Positions 12,351 through 23,600 of a stretch of 64,000 nt of DNA are shown here, in pieces. Made by a program: the position numbers and the translations under genes. The notes beneath the pieces were generated by a model. It was not told the DNA's origin and searched no databases. It saw only the letters and a list, made by a program, of their open reading frames with translations. This stretch comes from Lama glama (taxonomy: Eukaryota). Positions within the stretch are counted from its first letter, which is position 1. Each line of letters opens with the position of its first letter. The stretch covers positions 57,352,001 to 57,416,000 of the forward strand of contig CM052817.1 in NCBI GenBank assembly GCA_028534125.1. Reading direction: 5' to 3'.

Positions 12351-13659
12351 ACCACCATCCCCTCCATTATTAAGGTCAGAATGACAGGACATTTCCAAAG
12401 CATTTACTGGCTTTTCTTATTGAGGCTCTGCTTCATCAAATTCCTAAGGCACCCCTGCCCCGGCAATACTCAGCATGAAATTAATAATATTTCTTCTCTC
12501 TGGAAGAAAAGATGGAATTGAGAATTTATGAATATTTAGCAAGTTACACTGAGATCTGCAAGCACCTTTTCCAAAAAGACAAATACTGAAACAGGTGGAA
12601 AATGTAATGCTTGTGTGATGCGTGGGAGACACCTGTCCACAAAAGTTGTGCCAGTTTGCTGTTCAATGCTGCTACTCCAGAGGAGAAGGGGACTTAACTA
12701 TGAACCTGCTTCAAATGGGGTGATTAAATTCAAGTTGGATGTTGACACTGGTCATCACTTCTGCTACCTAGGAGGTAATAAAAAGGGATAAAAACAGCCC
12801 CAACCCAACCCCTCTGAATCAGCTCCTGTTTGTGAGCAGAACCCTCTCTGTGTCCACTCTGCCCTTACAAGTGAGGGACTAGAAATATTTAGCCTTCTGG
12901 AAAAAATGCATCTCACCAGCAGGGGATGAAGCTAGTGTGAGGAATATTCAAACGTCATTTTCTATTCTTTGAGATAGAGAATTAAAGAGCAACAGAAAAA
13001 CCCTTTAATGTCCTGGAACCTCTACCTCATCGCTCATCTTAAGGGAATGCGGAAGGAAAATCCCCAAACTTCAGTGGGTCCTAAAGCAGCAACCATGAGA
13101 CTGAAGAGCTCCCAGGGTGCAGAGGAGGCTGTGCTTTTTAACAAGTTCCTGCTGTTCTCCCAGAGACCTTCCCATCAGCATGTGGCTCAGAGTTTCAGCT
13201 GGTAAGTCCTGCAAGTTGGGCCAGAAAGGCCAGCCCTACACAAACAAGTTTCTGTTCTGTCCCAGGTACCATTTTAACTTTATCCATGTTCACATAGGGT
13301 TGTTATTTTTTTTAATGGAGGTGGTGGTGGGGCTCCTTGTAAAACTATTAAAACATTTTCAAACTTCAATCAAAGCTTAGGTATCTCTAATATTCTCAGT
13401 GTGACCTGCAAAGACATTTAGCCCTAACGGCCACCAACAGAGCTACCTGTTCACCCTCCTCAGTACCCCAAGTCCCTCCAAAGACACGGAGGTGTCAAAC
13501 GGAAAAGCAAAGACAAAGAAAAATGAAGCTGTGTTTACATAATTCGCCACAACCTAGTGAGAGGAAAATGTCCACCGATATTTTATTCTATCAGTTTTGA
13601 CCAAATCATTGGTTCAGCAATCCTGTGAAAGCAGGAAGGAATGCACAGGAAATAACTGA

Positions 13660-13830
13660 ACAATAACATCTATTGAAGGTTCGCCCCAAGCACTGTTCAA
13701 AATGCTCTATGTGTGTTAGCTCATTTAATGCCCCTACAACCTTGTAAGGTGGGTATGACTCATCCTCACATTATAGATAGGAAAACTGAGGCACAGAGAG
13801 GTTAAGTTACTTACTCAAGGTAAGCTAGAA
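13660..13830 (-). mobile_element. MIR SINE
   Basis: CATTATAGATAGGAAAACTGAGGCACAGAGAGGTTAAGTTACTT is the reverse complement of the MIR core. Confidence 0.85.
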
Positions 13831-13959
13831 TGTGCTGGAAACTGGAAAAAGAGAAGAAAGCGATTCCCACCCCACCCCCAAAATAGTCTGAAGAATGTAT
13901 GGTAACTGATATGTCTGAGACAACAGAGAGCTAAGCAGAGGGACATGTACAGAGAAGTT

Positions 13960-14200
13960 TTCATTCATTCATTCACGCAAGCATGCGTGCTCCTGTTGGG
14001 CTGAGTGCTGGAGATAGAGCAATAGTCGTAAGTCAGTTGTTAAAGCCAGTCTTTACCCTTAAGTTTGCACAGTCTGCTTGTGGGATTCAGTGTCATGAAG
14101 CTAAGATGGAGAATGAGCCCAGGTGGGGCCCCTCCGCCAGACCTGAGGGTTAGAGAAGATTCTTGCCATAAGCAATGTCTGAGCTGAGACCTGAAGGAGG
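13960..14200 (-). mobile_element. L2 3' fragment
   Basis: (TTCA)n tail followed by degenerate GTGCTGGAGATAGAGCA...GAGCTGAGACCTGAAGGA. Confidence 0.55.
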
Positions 14201-17200
14201 AGCAAGGATCCTCTGGGGGTCAGAGCAGAACGCCTTAGCCCTTTGAGAAAGGTTTTTATCCCCTCTGAGACCCGAATGCTTTAGAAAATGGACCCCAAAA
14301 GAAGAGACGATTCTGACAGCCAAATTCCAAATGAGCCCAGTCTGAATTTATTTTTCCTCCTATCCTGAAAGCCCCAAGGGAAAGAGAAAGGGCTTGGTAA
14401 AGGCAGATGGATGGACTGGGAATGGCCAGAAGCTGGCATGTGATGTGCTTACTGGAAGGAAGGAAGCTCTTGTGGGCAAGAGATGCTGTGGGGGAACGCA
14501 GCTCCAGGGTGTGGAGAATACGACAGACAAGAGTCAGCAGGAGGCCCAGCAGAAAGGAACTAACCTTCTGGAGCAGACAACGCAGAGGTCGCCATGGGCA
14601 GGGGGGTCTCAGACAAACCTGGCCACAAACGGCAGGAGTCCAGACTCGGCTGGGGTTCTGAAGCTCAACTCCCAGGAGGGAAACAGGCAAAGGAGGCAGA
14701 GTTCCATCAGAGAGAGAAAAACAGGGTCTTGGGAAGGAGGTGAATGCTCACTTTCTCCGACTTCCAGAAAGAAGCAACAGCACACGGGAAGTCTAGCGAG
14801 GATGGCACATCCAGGGAAAAGAAGTGTTTCAGTATGGCAGATCAGGGAGGTCAAAAGGAAAGGGTCAAGTGATGTAGCTGGAGGACAGGTTTTAAAGTGC
14901 CTTATAAAGAAAGATATAAGTCCAGCATTCTTCTCATCAACTGGGGGTGGTAAATCAGTATTTATTTGAGTATAAACCCTCTATTGACCAGAGCTGTTTC
15001 AAGAAGCCCAGATGAAGAATATTAAATATTCTAATTGGTTTAATGCAGTTATACCTGATAATGGCTTTAATTCTGCCCCCAATGAGCTCTTCTTGCAAAT
15101 GCTAGTGGTATAGAATTACATTAAGAATGTGACCTCAAAAGGCTTAGACAATTTCTGAGAGGCACATAGAATTGGAAGGTGTCACTTTCCCACAGTAAGC
15201 CACTCTTCTGGACTCTGGAATGTCCATCACCTCATTGTCATGGCTAAAGAGGTGGACGGTTCTTCCCACAGCTACGTCATTGCCACCATGAAGCCCCTCC
15301 TAGCACTCACTGCACGTCCACCAGCACACCTCAGCAGGGTCCGCTTCCCACCCTGGAGGCTGTGCCTCCACGAGAGCCCCCTGCCGTGTCCTAAGCTGCT
15401 CCCCGGATTCCTGAGACCTGGGACCACTCACCGAGATTTCACTGAGGGCTAAGGAGACGCCAGGTCCTTTCTCTTAAAGTTGTATCCTCTGTCACCTTTC
15501 TTGACTACTTCATCCCCAAGTCACTTTTTCTGCAGTAACAAAATCACTGGGGAACCTCCTCTGCCCACAAAGACCTTGACTTTCAAGCCAACTGCCAGTG
15601 CATTTCGTGGGCTTTCAGGACATTTTTGAGGACAAAATGTTCACCTTTAAACTTTGGAGAAAACCTAATAACGTTACTGCTCAAGAAAGCATGGGAATAT
15701 ACTAAAATGACCTGAGAGAATTCCACTCAACACGAATCAGGAAGAAGAGGGGCTTACATTTCTCCAGAATTCCCTCTGTTCCGGCACATCACCATTTCTC
15801 TCAAAAAGCAAGCATTTTTATTAAACATGAATGCTATGAGGCAGCACTAATGGGGGAGGTGGCTTGGCATGAAGGGATTTGAATTTGAACCTTGATAGCT
15901 GTGGATTTTGACAACACTGGCATTAGCTTTTTATTGACCTAAGTAGCTGACACACCAGCTAGGTAGCTACATGGCAGAAGTAAACAAGGCAACAATCATG
16001 TCCTTCGGGTATCAGCTTTTTAAAAAGTGAATCTTTAGCATCAGTGAAAGGAATGCTGTTACTCTACTCCCTTACCAAGCTAAAAAAACAGCATCAGCGA
16101 AAGAAAATATTACTCAACATCTTAACATCCTAGCTGACCATCTGTTCAGAGGGAAGGAATCAATGCTCTCAGGATAAACATCCTCACAAACTTTCAAAGA
16201 CACCCATGAAACACCTGCATGAACACAGTTTTACTCACAGGTGTATTTGTGACTGAACTACTTATTCCCTGAAAATATCTTATTCCTTCTGGTTTGATGT
16301 TCTCTCAGGCTTCTTACAACGATGAGGAGCCATTTTTTGTTTTTTTATTTTTCTACTTTGCCAAGGTGAATAATGGAGCAGCTGGAAGATTAATACGGGG
16401 GCATCGCATCATTTACCACCAAATGATCATATCATTTCCCCCATAACAAAAAAGGATGGAGCCTAATTATGGAATAACCCAAAGAGATTTCTTCCTACGT
16501 GTTGTCACCAGAAGCAATGCTCTTTAATTTATTTTATAGAGGAATGTAAAGTAAAAAGTCTGTGTTAATTTAAAGTTAGAGTGTAAAATGAATTTTTAAG
16601 TTCCTAGAGGTTTAACAGCTTCACGTGACATATCTGCTATAGCAAAGATTAGAGCTTAAGCCTAAATTTTCTTTGCAACTGTGTGTATTTGGAAGTTGGC
16701 TTATTATTTAGTGACCTTCTCAAATCTTGAAAGACTGTCAAATAAAAGAGCAGAATACAAGCGAGACCATCTTTCTCAGCAATCGCTAAGAGTTCTCAGT
16801 TGTCGCTGTGCCCTGATGACTTACGATCAGGCCTAGAGGCACAGTCCAGTGTCACCTAGCTTTAAATGACCTCTGGAGAGTCCTTCAAGTTCTGCCTCTA
16901 ATATTGAATTTTATAGGCTATTAATGCCTTTTCAATTAAATCATTAGCTGTTTCCCAGCATAGCTGTAGCTCTTTTAAGAGAGCAGATACAGAATGCTGA
17001 TAAGAAGTCAGTTTCTGTCCTTTATTAAACAGTAAGATTTTATCATTGAGGGACTTCACACCGAGAGAGAACAAACAACAAGGGCTTGCTCTAAGTCTGA
17101 GCCCTACAGTGTCTCTATAGCAATGTGCTGTGAGTACCAGGGAATCATCCCCTTCCCTTTCTAGAACTGTCCAAAAAGGATAGACCCAGTTTTATTAAGA

Positions 17201-17247
17201 ATCAGCATGTCCAAAATCAAGTTGGTTACCTTCCCCCAACACAAACC

Positions 17248-17882
17248 TGTTACTGGGCAGGATCCTATGGGGCCTTCTCAGGAAAGACTACCCTCCTCCC
17301 CATGTCCTCCGCCTGCCTCTTGTCTGTAGAAAAACTTTAGCTTCCTAGGCATTCCCCAAGTTCCAAAGAATAAATTTAATCAGAGAAGTGAGAAAATGTA
17401 GAAAGAAAGGAAAACAGTCAATCAAGCAGCCAAAACAATAATACTTTGGCCATTACTCAAAGTCAAGGACCTTTAGTTCCTCTTCAAGGGCTATGGATAA
17501 TATTCTGAGCCATGTCCTTTGAGCTGTTTTGCAGAGACTGAAACCCCCACCAGGTGGAAGAAGTTAACTGCATGCCGCCTACCAGCACGTAGACCCCAGA
17601 CCAGCTGAAACCAGGTTGCTGATGTTGACTCCCAATTACCTCACCACCAACCAATCAACCAATCAGAAGAATGTCCACGAGCTGATCATGCTGCCCACAA
17701 CCTCCCTCCCTCATCCTGTCTTTAAAAAGTCATCGGGGAGCTCTGGTCTTTTAAGCACTAGCTACCTGACTCCTTGCTTGGCACCTGCAATAAACACAAC
17801 ACTTCTCTTCACCACCACCCAGTTGTCAATAGATTGGCTTTATTGCACACAAGGGAGTGAACCCAAGTTTGGTTCCATAACA
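17248..17882 (+). mobile_element. Solo ERV LTR (635 bp, ERV1-like)
   Basis: TGTTA...TAACA inverted termini; 4-bp flanks AACC/AATC; TATA-like TTTAAAA near 17721 and AATAAA near 17789. Confidence 0.85.
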
Positions 17883-18026
17883 AATCTGCTTTCACAGCAG
17901 CTTTCACCCGTCTCCCATGCAAGAAAGGTCGAGTTTCTCTTGACTTCCTCTCATAGTGAGTTGCTTCCTAAAGGCTGTATATTCTACTTCTTAAAGATCT
18001 CTCAGTCATCCCTTCCCCTCTGTGTA

Positions 18027-18154
18027 GGGTGACCACATGCCCCTGTTGTCCAGGATAATCTTGATTTATGCCTGTTGTCCCAGCATAACTATGAACAGTG
18101 CCCCCTTTTGCTGAAAAAATTGTCCCAGAAGGACAAGAAATGATATGGTCCACC
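18027..18154. mobile_element. MER94-like hAT-Blackjack MITE
   Basis: AGGGTGACCAC...ATGGTCCACCT imperfect terminal inverted repeats with internal TGTCCC motifs. Confidence 0.65.
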
Positions 18155-18319
18155 TCCTCCCAGCCTATTGCCACAACTTACTTCAAGCTCTCATGCATTT
18201 CTGCGTGGAGAGCAGTAGTAGTTGGAAGTAATGGGCGGTAATAGCTGCTTCCCTTTGGTCCATTTACTTTTTAAACTTCTTAATTGAGTGCCAATTCTGT
18301 ACCAGATGCACTGTTGGCA

Positions 18320-18600
18320 CCAGATTGAGCTTCCCTGTAAGGTTGTGTAGTTTGCACACTATGCAAGGGCACCCAGCCCAGGAAGCGAGGCTGAAACTCA
18401 GCCCTCCCTCCACCTGCCAGGCCATGCAACTCGGGGGAGGCTAGGTCCTCTACTCTGGAGAAAGAGGTTGCTTTTTCTTGGATAAGGCTCCAACTGCTTA
18501 CCAAGTCTTGCACCCTCTGCATGGCATCTGCCCCCTGAGGGTGCTTTTTTTTTTAATTCACAGAAAGGCACTGCAGAGGCGAAGGGCAGCCCCTGCACTG
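18320..18600. mobile_element. Possible hAT-Tip100 (MER91-like) element
   Basis: GTTGTGTAGTTTGCACACTATGCAAGGGCACCCAGCC...GGGCAGCCCCTG resembles this family; weak match. Confidence 0.4.
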
Positions 18601-20009
18601 AGAAAATTACATGCCCTCCAGTCCATCTCCATTTGAATCCATTTCCCTCCACTGTATCGACCTTCCTACACTGCAAACCTGATCTCGCCTCTCCCCTGCA
18701 TCCTGTCAACTATAAGCTCCAGTCCAGAGTCCTGGGTGTGAATTGCAAAGCCTTTGGTCACCTGACATCTGCACTCTCTCCAGACTGATTTCTCCCCATT
18801 TCTCTCCAAACACACCTTGCTCACGCTGTGCTGGACTTTTCCTGTTTGCTGGAATGCGCCAAGATGGTTTCCACTGGCTTCATTCCTTTCTACATGCTGT
18901 TTATCTGGGCTGGGCTGATCATATACCTGTCACCCCACCACCTGACAATCTGCTTACTGATGGTGTTGAAGAAGGAAGCAGGAGAGGAGATAAAAAATGA
19001 GATGATGATAAAGATAATAGATAACTACTGTAACAGGCAGTTGAATAGAACAACTTTTCCCTAGCCTGAAAATGACACTAGAAGCCAAAACTACAGGTGT
19101 GATGTGTCTCCACATTCTGAAAGAGCCACCAAGAACTGAAGCAGAATGTTCCTCAGTGCTAGATGGCCCTGCCTCCATCACCCCTGCCCAACACATTAAC
19201 CCCTACTCCATGTAAGGAGGCTGGGGCGAGAAAGAGCCTCCTGGAGGATGCAGGGGTTTTCTCCGCTCCCATGCCTGTCCTGGCTACCCACACAAAGGAG
19301 CCAAGTGATGGGGGAGAAACCAACATATTTCTGATGTTTTCAACAAAGGGAGACAAATATTCCATTTCCCAGTTGGATATCTGCTGGGAAGGCCAGGCAC
19401 AGAGGGACACAGCAGGGCAGGCTGCGTGGCACCATGAGTTCCCAAGATGCCACTGAAGTTTGCTGGCCTGAGAAATCTTGCAGATGTCCCACCAAGAAGG
19501 GTCCTTGCCAGGTACAAGGACCCATCAGCAAAGGGTATTGGAGTGTACTATGGTTAGGGCAGGGGAATGTTGAGCTGAAGTAGGACAGAAGAGAAGGAGC
19601 TGGAGGGCAAATCTCTCATGTGTCACTGTCCATCATCCGAAGACCACCAGAAACACACCTGTAGTCAAAGAATTTGGGTTTATTACTCATTGTAGCAAGA
19701 GACAATGGACTCCATATGGAACTGTTGGGTGTCTCAGTAAGAGTGTTGGAAAGAAAACAATTATGGGATTTGGGCTGTGGATGAGTAATTCTGGGAAAGG
19801 TCTAAGGAAGGAGGGGCTTACTCTAGATGGGGTGAATTCTGTGACTGAGTATCTCAATGAATCTTAATATCTTATAGGTGGATATCAATCCAGGTGGACT
19901 TGATTAATATAAAGCTACAGTTGCTAAAGTAGCAGTCCTGTTTAGTGAAGGAAGGAGGGTTCTTTGTATTTTGTGGGTGGCACCTTGTCTGAAGTGGGGA
20001 GGATCTTGC

Positions 20010-20151
20010 CCTTATGACCCTCAAGGAAACCAACCCTGCTGGCACCTTGATCTTGGACTTCCACTCTCCAGAGCTGTGAGAAAATAAACTTCTGTTGTTT
20101 AAGCCACCCAGCCTGTCGTATTTTGTTGTGGCAGCCCGAGCAAACTAACAC
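20010..20151 (+). mobile_element. MaLR (MLT1) LTR 3' part
   Basis: GGAAACCAACCCTGCTGGCACCTTGATCTTGGACTTCC...AATAAACTTCTGTTGTTTAAGCCACCCAG...GCAAACTAACACA. Confidence 0.85.
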
Positions 20152-20893
20152 AGACCTATAACAAATAGAGGTTGAATTAATAACCAAACAATTCCCACAA
20201 AGAAAAGCACAGGCCCAGATGGCTTCACTGGTGAAGTTTACTAAACATATGAAGAAGAATCAATTCTTCACAAACTCTCTCAAAAAAGCAGAAGGTAAGG
20301 AAACACTTTCTAACTTGTCCTAAGAACCCACTATTACTTTGATGCAAAAACCAAAGACATCACAAGAAAACTACAGTCCAATGTCTCTTATGAATATAGA
20401 TGCAAAAATCCTCAGCAAAATATTAGCAAATCACATCTATAAACATGTCAAAAAGGATCACACATCATGACCGAGTGGATCTAGCCCAGGAATGCAAGCT
20501 TGGTTTAACATTCAAAAATCAATTAACATAATACAACATATCAACAGAATAAAATACATCTTTATGATCATCTCAATAGATGCAAAAAAGGCATTTGACA
20601 AAATACAATACTTCTTCATGATAAAAGCATTCAGCACACTGGAAATAGAAAGCAATTTCCTCAAGCTAATAAGACCACCTGTGGAAAACCCACAGCTACC
20701 ATCTTACCAAATGGTGACAGACTGAAAGCGTTCCCTCTAAGGTCAGGAACAAGGCAAGGAAGCCCACTCTCACCACTTCTATGCCACGTTACACCAGTAG
20801 TTCTAACAAGGGCAATCAGGCAAGAAAAGGAAATAAAGGCAGCCAGATTAAACAGGAAGAAGTAAAATTCTCTCTACTTGCAGATAACATATC
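20152..20893 (+). mobile_element. Degraded L1 ORF2 internal (reverse transcriptase) fragment
   Basis: ORF 20492-20725 MQAWFNIQKSINIIQHINR...[15 protein letters not shown] is L1 RT; AGGCCCAGATGGCTTCACTGGTGAA motif; stops and frameshifts present. Confidence 0.93.
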
Positions 20894-22619
20894 CTGTCTC
20901 CACATCTTGGATCTTCGTCTCACCAGAACTAAAGCTGAATGGGTGACAATATTTTCTTTCTTGGAAGGAGGGAGTTTTCAGGTTTCTCTGTAAAGGCTCC
21001 ATTTTCCTGCCTTTTCTCCTCCTCCTGAATAACCACATCTCTTCCTATTTTCAAGTTCTCCAGATTGGTGCCATCACACACAGCCCAGGTACCCTCTTCA
21101 GTGATAAGACCCTGCTTGCTCTTTTGCTTGCTGGGCAGTGAGGAGCCCATGCAAAGGGACTCTACTGTACCATGTGCTTGCATTCTTACTGCTGGCTCCA
21201 ACGCAGGGTTTGAAAAACTCTATAGGATATACCAGCAGTGATGTAACTGCTGTCAGTGGCTGCCCCCATCCCCCCACCCTCCCCCACACAAAGCTTTGTA
21301 GAGCCTTGAGGGCTTCATCTGGCTACAGAGCCCACCCTGCCCAGAGCTGACTTGATAAGCATCTTTATTGGCTGTCTTCCCTTCCTGCTCACTCCCTAGG
21401 CCTCTGCCCCAGAAGTGGTGTAGACATGACCTCTCTAGTAAACTACCTGCACTGGAATAATCCTTGTCTCGGGTTCTTGAGAGCCTAAAACTATAACAGA
21501 TAGTCAAAGCTGGTCATGATATAAACTTAGTAGACCTTGACTAGTGAATTAATACACTGAAATAGAATAGGTAAAATCAGAGTGCACTCTGCATTCGTCT
21601 CAATTTGGGACTGTACACCAGGTCATGTAAACTCTCACTGAGGGACAAAGGCAAGAATATTTAGGAAAACTCTGCTCTAAGGACTTTTCATTGTTTTATA
21701 AACAATTTTCATGTTAACATATGACCTTTTAAAAAAAAAGTGCCACTTTTCTAGGAGAGAAAAGTGCTATGCTAAGGAGAGGCCAAAAATCAGCTTGGTT
21801 TTTTATTCTCTGAATTTTGTGATTATTTAATTTTCAAAAAATGTTTATAATAATTATCCTAGGAAGACTCTGGTGAGAGTGACATTTCTAAACTGCTGGT
21901 GGCATTGAGAAACACACTTTGAGTTAGCAATCCTATAAATCCTTGGGTCTATGCTAAGAAGAAGGTGGTGAAGAACTAAAATGAAACATGCAGAATTATG
22001 CACACTTCAGTGTTGTATGTTCAATAAAAATGAAAATAACTTAAAAGTCTGGATAGGAGGGACTCAAAGGGCCAATATTCTTGGGAAAAGGCTCTGAAGT
22101 TGAGTTTGCAGAGTACTTTACAGAAAGACTGAGGAGGAATTGTCAGTTGCTTATATTAAAAACCTCACGGGATGACCAATGAAAATTGAGGAGCTTTAGG
22201 GGGTCTCCATGGCACCCCCAGGTGGGCTTAGTTCTCTGGAGAGGTTTGATGGAGGTCCAGCACCATTTATTATAAATTGAGGACAATGACCAGCTCTCGC
22301 ATGGATTCCGGTACTCACACTTACACTTAAAACTTGACTTGGCATAAGAAAGCACAGAGGGAGGAGGCAGTTATGAGATTCCAAAAAGAGGACTGGTTAC
22401 CAACCATTTGTCCTTTTAGCTTGGCACCCATGACCACACTGGGCCGGTGGCCAGCGGGGACACAAAATCCCCGTGGGGGGTTTGAAAAACGAACTGTTCT
22501 TTAAAGAGCTTCCCAAACCACAAAGTAAGCAGTTTTCAGGTCTCCCAGACCCGCGGAGAATTTAAGGGATTAAACGTGGGGTCATCTCAAAGTTGTTAAG
22601 TATAAATATTCCGACTGGG

Positions 22620-23600
22620 AAAGGCGAGGGACCAGAGGGTGAAGGAGCCGTTCTCACTGCGGGCGATCCCCCAAGAACTGGGGTTGCAGCCCTCAGGAGC
22701 AGGGGCCGAGCAGGAGCCGGCGGGGTGCGCTCGGAGCCCTGAGACCCAGAGGCCCCCACCCCCGTGGCTGCCCCGCGGCTGCCCGGCCCGGCCCCGCCAG
22801 CAGGGGCGCGCTCGAGCGCGGCGGTCCCGGGAGAGGCGGCGCGGGCGCGGCGGCCACGCTCTCGCCGCCCCGGGGTGTGGTTCCCGCGGTCCGGCCGGGC
22901 GGGGCGCCGGGTTTAAAGCGCCGGCCGGAGGGCGCCGGCTCACTCGCGCTCCCGCCACCGCCACCACGGTTAGCCATGGAGCGGCCGCCGCTGCCCGCCC
23001 TGCTCCTCGGCGCCGCCGGGGTGCTGCTCCTGCTCCTGCCCCTCTCCTCTTCCTCCTCTTCGGACGCCTGTGGCCCCTGCGAGCCGGCCGCCTGCCCGCC
23101 CCTGCCCCCGCGAGGCTGCCCACTGGGCGAGACCCGCGACGCCTGTGGCTGCTGCCCGGTGTGCGCCCGCGGCGAGGGCGAGCCGTGCGGGGGCGGCGGA
23201 GCCGGCAGGGGGCACTGCGCGCCGGGCATGGAGTGCGTGAAGAGCCGCAAGAGGCGGAAGGGTAAAGCCGGGGCAGCAGCCGGCGGCCCGGTGGTGAGCG
23301 GCGTGTGCGTGTGCAAGAGCCGCTACCCGGTGTGCGGCAGTGACGGCATCACCTACCCCAGCGGCTGCCAGCTGCGCGCCGCCAGCCTGAGGGCCGAGAG
23401 CCGCGGAGAGAAGGCCATCACCCAGGTCAGCAAGGGCACCTGCGAGCAAGGTGGGCATGAGCGCGTTCCCCTCCGACCCCGCCCCGCTCAGCCCGGAGAG
23501 CAGGGCGCCCCCTCGCGGGGCAGACCTGATAGGGCGTCTGCGGCCCGCGGCCCGCGGCCCAGCTGGTTCCCGCGGCTCCTCCCGTGGGCAGGAGGGGTGG
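22620..23600. promoter_or_regulatory. CpG island / IGFBP7 promoter with GC boxes and a TATA-like TTTAAA at 22912-22917
   Basis: Very high GC and CpG density in otherwise CpG-depleted DNA. GC-box-like motifs (GCCCCGCC, GGGCGGGG) upstream, and TTTAAA about 60 nt before the ATG. Confidence 0.9.
22976..23450 (+). CDS. IGFBP7: Insulin-like growth factor binding protein 7, coding part of exon 1 (signal peptide, IGFBP N-terminal domain, basic segment, Kazal-like domain); phase-1 intron follows
   Basis: GCCATGG Kozak context at 22973-22979. Translation MERPPLPALLLGAAGVLLLLLPLSSSSSSDACGPCEP...DACGCCPVC...KSRKRRKGK...CKSRYPVCGSDGITYPSGCQL...KGTCEQ matches mammalian IGFBP7. 475 nt (158 codons + 1), ending at donor AAG|GTGGGC. 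Confidence 0.98.

Noticed and set aside
14394..14969. 191-aa ORF (similarly 59656-60162, 62969-63430, 6241-6687)
   Set aside because: No recognisable homology or exon structure, mostly non-ATG starts; consistent with chance ORFs in 64 kb.
18525..18545. CTCF-like motif (CCCTCAGGGGGCAG on -) and similar partial matches near 6100 and 51465
   Set aside because: Only partial matches by eye; they cannot be supported without PWM scoring or ChIP data.
19625..19990. Possible ancient LTR fragment (also ~7830-8130, ~42830-43150, ~44700-44945)
   Set aside because: LTR/MaLR-like appearance, but too degenerate to assign a family or boundaries by eye.
20152..20893. Reverse-transcriptase-like peptide as part of a novel RT system
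   Set aside because: It is an ordinary broken L1 ORF2 fragment with stops and frameshifts.
22877..22975. N-terminal extension of IGFBP7 suggested by the ORF track
   Set aside because: It starts at a GTG upstream of the TATA-like box. The ATG at 22976 has a strong Kozak context and matches the known N-terminus.
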